A stretch of 63,944 bases of DNA, the filler included, from Octopus bimaculoides (Eukaryota): assembly GCF_001194135.2 (NCBI RefSeq). It is 8 parts of 8 records of this genome, joined end to end, with 100 filler letters (N's around TTAATTAATTAA, not from the genome) between each part and the next. Parts side by side here need not be neighbours in the genome. Positions count along the whole stretch, not along the records: positions 52,764 to 56,199 come from NC_069003.1; positions 56,300 to 60,713 come from NC_068988.1; positions 60,814 to 62,594 come from NC_068987.1; positions 62,695 to 63,944 come from NW_026391113.1; 4 more parts are not named here. One strand, 5' to 3'. Under the pieces are notes generated by a model, which had not been told where the DNA came from, searched no databases, and saw only the letters and a program-made list of their open reading frames with translations. Position numbers and translations under genes: made by a program. The stretch's first letter is position 1. Every line of letters starts with the position of its first letter. Of the stretch, positions 54,990 to 63,944 are shown piece by piece.

Positions 54990-55243
54990 TGTAGCAAACT
55001 CATAAGAAGCGGAGAGAGAATGTTAAGTTCGTTTGCCCGAACAGGAGAAATTATTGATTTCTCATTGGTTAAAAATTACTGCCCATATACGAATTCTGAA
55101 CTTCGTTGACGAAGTCTTTCACGGGGTTACGGTTCTATGATTCGTGTATGAGTAGTAATTTTTAACCAATGAGAAATCAATAATTTCTCATGTTCAGGCA
55201 AATGAACTTACGTTCTCTCTCCGCCTCTTATGAGTTTGCTACA
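54990..55243. mobile_element. 254-bp palindromic non-autonomous DNA element with TGT..ACA ends and 4-bp TSD (Ginger-like)
   Basis: About 105-bp inverted arms, GGTG duplicated at 54986-54989 and 55244-55247, interrupting a family A SINE. Confidence 0.85.
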
Positions 55244-55967
55244 GGTGCAACGCAGTGAGATTGAACCCGAGATCACAGAATACCCACGTCTGCATTTAAC
55301 TTACAGTAATCTAATTGATGTCCCTTGGATTGTCTGCAAACATGTCTGTGCAAAAGTAAGGGCAGTGACTACACAAACATAAGCTGCTGTCCCTTGAATT
55401 GTCAATGCATATTTTATGATTGCATAAACATTGATGCTGTAAATATCGCTTGCATAACTAACACTTCAATAACATAACATAAATATGTCGAGTCTTTGAG
55501 TATAAGTGTATATAAATAAACGAATATAGAATATAGTGCATGTATATGTGTGTGTGTGTGTGTGTATATACATGCATACATACATATACATGTTTCCCCA
55601 GACACAACAACATATATATAAGATATGAGAGCAGAAAATGGAATTCACGAGATTCTCATGAATTCAGTTTTCTATTTCTCTTATTTGTTATATACTCGAT
55701 GGACACAGAGGAGTTCCTGAGGTAGATCCAGTGGCATTTATATCAATACTGTGGTTGACATCAGGTAGCCATTGACAGTGAAAATGCTTTAATCGGCATA
55801 CTACCCGGTGTATCCCCAAGCTTTAGATAACACACTCACACACACTCCCTCTCTCTCTCTCATATATATATATATATACACATATGACATGGCCTGGGCC
55901 AAAACATATCTAAATATGGTGCACCAGCATGACCGCAGCCACTTGGCTGAAACACATAAATAAATAA

Positions 55968-56003
<36 letters not shown>

Positions 56004-59000
56004 GCATTGATGCAATGAACGCAAAATTCAATTCATGGTCCTTAAAATTAATCTTGTTAAAGATTTAAAATTCTTTAGCTCATGTATGAATGCATATATG
56101 TGCATGTGTGTATGTGCATATGCACATGAGTGAGTGCATCTGTGTGTATATATATCTTGCATAAAATCACAATCAACATCCGAATACCTAAGAATAAATN
56201 NNNNNNNNNNNNNNNNNNNNNNNNNNNNNNNNNNNNNNNNNNNTTAATTAATTAANNNNNNNNNNNNNNNNNNNNNNNNNNNNNNNNNNNNNNNNNNNNT
56301 GTGTGTGTGTGTGTGTGTGTGTGTGTGTCTGTGTGTGTGTGTGTCTGTGTGCGTGTGTGTCTGTGTGTGTGTGTGTGTGTGTGCATTAGCAATTCGGGAT
56401 ATAGTTATTTACATCAGAATACTCAAGAGACAAAATTCTAATTTAAGTTTAGTATTAGATGATTTTTATGTTTTAGAAATATCTGCAGTGGTAATAAGTA
56501 TTCCAGTCAGTTAAGCTCCAGATAGGAATTAGAATCAATCTTAGATTGATTTGAATAACAAACAGAAAATTGTATAAGCAATCCTTTTTTGACTCTTTCA
56601 CTCTCGTTTATCAGGGAATTGTAGTGATGTAGTGATGTCGGGGTGCCGCTTTTAAAGGATTTGATTTGATTATACGGTTATCGATCACCGGGATATTCAG
56701 ATACAAATGTGTATATATATATTTACATATATATGGAGAGAGAGAAAGAGAAAGAGAGAGAGATAACAGTTTAGCTAGGTATAAAATACATCTATGGGAT
56801 ATTTTATATCCGAAGAGTTTACTGGTTTGTATTACTTATATGAATAAAAATGTTACCCCAATAGGTAAATAAAAATAAACATACAGTTTATTTATATATA
56901 TAAATATAAATCAAAAATGGAAAAAAAAACAATAAATACTACAATTATAAATTCAATTGAATTTAAATATTTTATACTAACAAATGACCATGTCATAAAT
57001 TACAGCTGTTTCTGCTTCATTAATAAAACAAAGTTTTTCAAGAATAAACAAATGTTTTTATTCAGAAGTGCACTTTACAAAATGGAGTTGCTGGGATCAA
57101 TTCTAAACCATAACACTTCGAATAGGTGTCTTCCACAAAACATTCGAGTGGAATCTGATTAAAGGAAACTATGAAAATTCATCGTGTATGTATGTATACT
57201 ATTATTCAGTAGTATACCAAGATTTCTTGTCAATAGGGAAAGGCTCCTTAATTGGGATTTCAACATCAACAACAGGGTATGTAAGCATGTACGTATGTAT
57301 GTATCTATGTATGTATGTATGTGTGTGTGTATGCATGTATGTATGTATGTATATANNNNNNNNNNNNNNNNNNNNNNNNNNNNNNNNNNNNNNNNNNNNN
57401 NNNNNNNNNNNNNNNNNNNNNNNNNNNNNNNNNNNNNNNNNNNNNNNNNNNNNNNNNNNNNNNNNNNNNNNNNNNNNNNNNNNNNNNNNNNNNNNNNNNN
57501 NNNNNNNNNNNNNNNNNNNNNNNNNNNNNNNNNNNNNNNNNNNNNNNNNNNNNNNNNNNNNNNNNNNNNNNNNNNNNNNNNNNNNNNNNNNNNNNNNNNN
57601 NNNNNNNNNNNNNNNNNNNNNNNNNNNNNNNNNNNNNNNNNNNNNNNNNNNNNNNNNNNNNNNNNNNNNNNNNNNNNNNNNNNNNNNNNNNNNNNNNNNN
57701 NNNNNNNNNNNNNNNNNNNNNNNNNNNNNNNNNNNNNNNNNNNNNNNNNNNNNNNNNNNNNNNNNNNNNNNNNNNNNNNNNNNNNNNNNNNNNNNNNNNN
57801 NNNNNNNNNNNNNNNNNNNNNNNNNNNNNNNNNNNNNNNNNNNNNNNNNNNNNNNNNNNNNNNNNNNNNNNNNNNNNNNNNNNNNNNNNNNNNNNNNNNN
57901 NNNNNNNNNNNNNNNNNNNNNNNNNNNNNNNNNNNNNNNNNNNNNNNNNNNNNNNNNNNNNNNNNNNNNNNNNNNNNNNNNNNNNNNNNNNNNNNNNTGT
58001 ATGTATGTATGTATGTATGTATGTATGAACGTATACTTGTATGTACATTTGTTTGTCTATATGCGTACATGTTTGTATGTAGGTATGCGTACGAAAGTAC
58101 GTTCGTACATGTATTCCCATCACCAGTTACCAAACAGATATCATGATTTCATCACCGAGGCAGTACTGTAGAATCCAGCGGTGTCCCAACGCTGCTTGGG
58201 AACCAAAAGCAATCTGCAAGAGTGAGACAGGAACATAGTCTGTCTGTTTAAGGCCGCATTATATGATATAGTATTACATGTTATTCTGAGGACAATCGGG
58301 TATCATATATTGAAGATTAATTACTGTTCCCAGCTAGTCGAGCAATAACATACCGAGTCCATCTTTTGGAGTAGGAGGCGGCTAGAGTTCGTTTGCATTG
58401 ACAAGGCTAATAAGTCCAAAGTGTGTTGGAACAGAATTTTACCAATAACTTCTTCCAAAGAAAGAAATAATCAGCGTCTATGTAGTCACGATACTGGTTG
58501 AAATAACAGTCACAACTTACATCTGAACGTCTTATAAAAATAACGCATTGAAAAATGGAGTCCTGGACGCAGTTTGTCTTGAAAAGGCTTTACAGTCATG
58601 AATAAAAATCCTTTGATCATTGGCTTGTTTAATCGGGTCTGTCCAGGGGCTAAACAGCAATCATCAGTAATGACGTCATCAGTAGTTTGAACATATTTGA
58701 CGATTAATAACACGCAAGTGATTATGCTTCTGTTAAATAAGTTAGGAATGATCGCTTGAAAATGAAATGTATGACTTCCTAATTCAAACGAAACACTAGA
58801 CGATATGGACATTTTGTATATTCGGATAATTTTCTATGTTGTAGTAGATAGGAAGAACCAGATATTTTAGAATTGGTTTTTCTTTGTGTCGGACCAAGGA
58901 CAGCCTATTACATTAAATTACTCCTTTCCCCAAAGTATTGAAATATATCCAGAGTTCCAGAATCACAAACTTCAAGGTAGAATTTTTCCACCTTAAGCAG

Positions 59001-59262
59001 ACCACCACCACCACCACCATCACGAAAACTACCATGATGACCATCACGACCACAACCACGATCACTAATGTTGTCATGTTTTGCTTTATGTTAAACATTA
59101 GATGTTAATATCCGAGAAACTTTCTAATCCCGATAGAATAGTGGTGACTGCAATAAGATATCAAGCCTTTAAGAAATTATGTATCTGGTGTAATAATTGA
59201 ATTGAGGAGAATTACGATGCCGACTCAAAAAAAAAAATTAATGAAAGTAAGACATTTTGCAG

Positions 59263-59308
59263 GTATTTCTAAAACTATGTACATTAATGATTTTAACTTC
59301 GAGTTCAG
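59263..59308 (+). CDS. Candidate 46-nt exon (GISKTMYINDFNFEF), unassigned
   Basis: Acceptor cattttgcag, consensus donor CAG|gtaagt; this frame stays open upstream to about 59155. Confidence 0.22.
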
Positions 59309-59822
59309 GTAAGTATTCCTTGTCTTTATCTATTAAGTTATTGGCAAGATCCGTTCCATCTTATCTCCCACTGTTTAGCTTTGTCACTATAACAACCACA
59401 CCAGGGGAGTTGGAATTTCTATGTGACTGCTTGATCTGCTGGAAACAACAGATAAACTTTCGTGAATAAATTACCCTCGACTATCTTAAAATTGACATCT
59501 AATATTACGTTGTGCAATGTAGTATTCGATACACAATTGTTAAATAAATGTAAATTGGTCACCATGGGAAAATATTTGGTAAAAAGGCTGTTCAATAAAA
59601 GTCAACATAAGCCTAAATGACAATAATAACAAAGACCAAGAGTAGTTATTCTTTAAATTCTATTCATTACTGCGTTTCAAAAACAAGTTTCTAATATTGA
59701 ATAATTCTTCTACGTGTGTATCTCTAGAAAGTTATCATTACCGACGTTTTCAGAGTAACGCTTGTTAATTGCGATGTTCTCACATGAAACCAATGGTAGC
59801 ATTGCAAATTCACAAATAAGGA

Positions 59823-59854
<32 letters not shown>

Positions 59855-60813
59855 ACACACACACACATACACATACACACACACACATAGACATACGTAC
59901 ACACAAAGATGTTAAAACTTTTGCCTCACCTTATATAATTCTGAAGATTTTTCCATTTTTTCACGTAATATGACCATAATGCATCAATTTTATCTAATCT
60001 ATCTATCTATCCATNNNNNNNNNNNNNNNNNNNNNNNNNNNNNNNNNNNNNNNNNNNNNNNNNNNNNNNNNNNNNNNNNNNNNNNNNNNNNNNNNNNNNN
60101 NNNNNNNNNNNNNNTATCTATCTATCTATCTATCTCCGTGTTTGAATTTATAAGCATAACTGTGATAAACATATTTATTCTCATTGTTTAAAGAATCCCC
60201 CGTGGTTAAACCACAGACTCTCTGTAGTGAGAACTGAATACAAATGTGAATAATTTAGGTTGATTCTGGTCATTAGTGACTTCTCAAGAGTTGGCTTCAT
60301 AAGTCAAGACCGTGAGATAAAGAAAAAAACTGCAACTATTTTTCAAAAATACGATGAAGTGCGGATACTAATTTCATTTATTTGAATCTCATTATCCTTG
60401 TTAATGACGCATTTTTATTACATTCACAATTTAAATTAAGATGAAAAATCCACACCTACACAAACTACTCAATAGGCGCATGTATGGCTGTGTAAATAAG
60501 ATTACTAGCCCCACCATATGGTCATGGGTTCAGTCCCACTGCTTGGGTAAATGTCATCTACTATAACCGTGGGACGACTAGAGATTTGTGAGCTTGTGAT
60601 TAGTTTTGGCAAGTTCTATTCCATCTTACCTCTGACTGCTTAGCTCTGTCACTATAAACATTGGGAGTGGTAGAAACTAAAGGATTTCCGTTATATATAT
60701 ATGTATATATATANNNNNNNNNNNNNNNNNNNNNNNNNNNNNNNNNNNNNNNNNNNNTTAATTAATTAANNNNNNNNNNNNNNNNNNNNNNNNNNNNNNN
60801 NNNNNNNNNNNNN

Positions 60814-60857
<44 letters not shown>

Positions 60858-61139
60858 GCTACATGTACATATGCGTATGATTATATCTACTCACATTTAC
60901 ATCCTTGTAATATATATATATATGAATGAGTGTATGTATATACATACATACATATATATATACATACATATGTACATATATATATGTATGTATATACATA
61001 CATATATACATACACACATATATATATATACAACCATATATGTACACATATGTATACACACACACACACACACACACATATATATGTATATTTATATGCG
61101 TATGTATGTGTGTGTACATATGTATGTATATATATATGA

Positions 61140-61215
<76 letters not shown>

Positions 61216-61402
61216 TCATATATATATATACATACATATGTACACACACATACATACGCATATAAATATACACATACACTATATATATGCATACATATAT
61301 AAATATATCCACTTACAACTTGTATTTGTGTATCTGCATAAGAAGAGGCGCCAGCGCTCTCTCGACTTCTTTCTTTCACTCTCTCACGCATACACACACA
61401 CA

Positions 61403-61433
<31 letters not shown>

Positions 61434-61593
61434 NNNNNNNNNNACACACAGACACACACACACATATATAGAGATATAATAACGAAGGCAGCTATATGCA
61501 ATATGAAATCAAAAAGGAAAAACTGAGTTACTAACTGTGACTGAGGTTTCCGAGTAACATCTTTATTGCAAGAAATAATAGTTAAAGTAAACG

Positions 61594-62271
61594 TAGCGCC
61601 ACAAGAAAGCACATTTTCATATACTGACAGGGGAGATAACCACTCCGCACTGAAGATAAATCACTATACTAGACTAGTTTTGCCTGAAGATTACATATTC
61701 ATCAGTAGTAACTACTTTATCACTGGATGAGCATTTTACTGAACCAACCATAAATTCATATGGTAAATACTATATCAGACAGTAGGCATTTAGCCAAACC
61801 ATTCAAAGATGGAGTAGTCACTACTGAAGATCTTCTAATTTTCAAGTGAATCTAGTCAAGTATAGTGATCTAGCGTCGCTGTGGGTTGGTTATCTCCCTT
61901 GTCAGTATATGAAAATCTGCTTTCTTGCAGCTCTAATTTTTTAAAAGTCTTATTTCTAGCAACTTACATGCTACATGGAAATTTCATTCACAAATAGTGA
62001 CGATAAAAGTTTTCCTTTTCGGTTTTATATTGTATATAGCTGCCTACGTTATTTTATAAAATTCACATTAGCATTTTGCTGAATCAGCCATAACTTCATA
62101 TGGCAAATATAAATACCAACAGTCAGGATTTCACCAATCCATCCAGCGATGATGTAGTCGCGACTGATAAGCTTGTAATTTTTAGGGGAAACTAGTCCAG
62201 TTTAGTGATCTTCACCATTGGGCGATTATCTTCCTTGTCAGCATATGAAAATATGCTTTATTGCGGCTCTA
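61594..62271. mobile_element. Degenerate foldback element with TAG..CTA ends and a duplicated right arm
   Basis: Left end TAGCGCCACAAGAAAGCACATTTTCATATACTGACAGGGGAGATAACCA is inverted at 61887-61935 and again at about 62225-62271. Confidence 0.65.
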
Positions 62272-62490
62272 AGGGTTTCTAACGCTTATAGGTGCTACTC
62301 GGCACCCTCCCCCAGCCACAATTAGGGACAATTGTGTATATGGATAAATGTGATACTGAATATACGGTTTAACTATTCACATCAGATTATTTCATGCAGC
62401 GTTGGCTAAAATGTATAGATATAATCTGAAGTTCAGTACAGAATTGAAACAAGACACGACTATTTTGCCTCATACACTTACACACAGCAG

Positions 62491-62526
<36 letters not shown>

Positions 62527-62994
62527 CGGACACTGCAGAAATACAAACACACAGACATGCACATCTATCTATACATACATAAATTATATATATANNNNNN
62601 NNNNNNNNNNNNNNNNNNNNNNNNNNNNNNNNNNNNNNTTAATTAATTAANNNNNNNNNNNNNNNNNNNNNNNNNNNNNNNNNNNNNNNNNNNNGGTTCA
62701 TGTTCATACCATTTATCAGTAGGTTCAAATCCTAGCTTTCTACATAACTCCTAGTGGATTACTCTCCTTATATATATACTAATGTTCACAACGTTGAATT
62801 TTTGAATTTCTGATGTCTTAAAAGAATTTTACTTTTCTTGTTATAAGTTTTACTGTGGATTACAGTTTTTGTAATTGTGCAGTTTGTATATATTGGCAGG
62901 TGCTTCCCTCCTTAATTTTCTAATTTAATTTATTTTTATCGTGCATTTAATTGCGTTGTTGCAATAAAATGTATGTATACATATTCGGGTAGTC

Positions 62995-63380
62995 AGGGAG
63001 AAAAGAAAGATGAAATTTTAACACAAAATTATAGATACTAAAGTTTTTAAATTTTCAAGAGATGTTTGTTTGTATGTCCGATCAGAAAAGACTACTGTTT
63101 TTGCAATAAAAATGATGTTTATTTTTTTTGAATACTCAGGAGAAAGTAAAGGAAAGAAAAGGAGAGTAAAATTTTCACAGAAAATTGTAGATATTAAAAT
63201 TTTAAAATTTACTAGAGACGATCGTTTGTACGTCCGAACAGAGAAAACTGTAGTGTTCTTAGAAGAAAAGGATGTTTGCACTTTCGAATACTCAGGGAGA
63301 ATGGAAAGGATAGGTATTTACAGAAGTTGTAGATATTAAAGTTTTTAAAGCTGATCGTTTGTGTGTTCGAAAACTGTAGA
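62995..63380. repeat. Diverged tandem repeat, unit about 150 bp, about 2.5 copies
   Basis: CAGGGAGA..TGTAGATATTAAA.TTTT.AA..GATCGTTTGT..GTCCGA motifs recur at about 150-bp spacing. Confidence 0.7.
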
Positions 63381-63559
63381 TATGTAAGTTTCTAAACTTA
63401 TTTTGAGGGAAATTTAAAATGCTCACAGGAAATTGTCGATATTCCAGATTTGAGAGTTATTTTTCAGTTTTTCTGCTGGGTTGTATTAGTGTTTCTGTGT
63501 CTTCGGCCGCTGACTAGTCAGAACTGCGAAGAAAACGTCCAGCCGCCATCAAGGCTGGC

Positions 63560-63580
63560 GTATTATTATTATTATTATCA

Positions 63581-63611
<31 letters not shown>

Positions 63612-63635
63612 TATTATTATTATTATTATTATTAT

Positions 63636-63685
<50 letters not shown>
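63560..63685. repeat. (TTA)n-(TAG)n compound microsatellite
   Basis: Directly visible. Confidence 0.95.
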
Positions 63686-63944
63686 CGTAACAAAGCAATT
63701 ACATAAAGAATCGATAAGTGAACTGGTTGAATGTTTAACTAGTTCACTACTAATAATAAAAAAAAGTGAAATAGAACGAGCGCGTGTATTTTCTTCTTAT
63801 TATTATTGATATTCTGACCGTCCCAAGAAACAACAAAATCTGTTTCAACAGTAGATTTCATATCAATCATTTTGCAAACGTGAAATATCCCCTCTTTTAC
63901 TATCTTAAAAAACCCCCGTTTTACCAGAAGGTGGCGATAATTGT

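Overview
Very AT-rich, microsatellite- and gap-riddled animal genomic DNA. The SINE families, RTE and R4 LINE remnants and (CA)/(TA)/(GATA)/(TAA) load point to a cephalopod, most likely Octopus; this is inferred from recalled repeat families, not from a search. Almost every ORF in the six-frame track is a microsatellite or N-gap artefact. What the sequence supports: (i) a graveyard of transposons (Helitron helicase, BEL/Pao pol plus LTR, Gypsy LTR plus tRNA-Trp PBS, R4/Dong and RTE LINE pieces, Tc1/mariner ends, Penelope-type ends, at least six MITE/foldback elements, many SINEs); (ii) one 42-nt minus-strand exon (KQKTTVEILEELDK) matching an early lunapark exon, plus a few unassigned micro-exon candidates; (iii) several promoter-like CpG-retaining islands; (iv) seven artificial N44-TTAATTAATTAA-N44 scaffold spacers. 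I found no convincing new multi-gene system. The most interesting observations are a palindromic TG..CA/4-bp-TSD (Ginger-like) element nested in a SINE, alternating CpG-decayed and CpG-intact domains that may trace gene-body methylation, and hammerhead-like Penelope ends.
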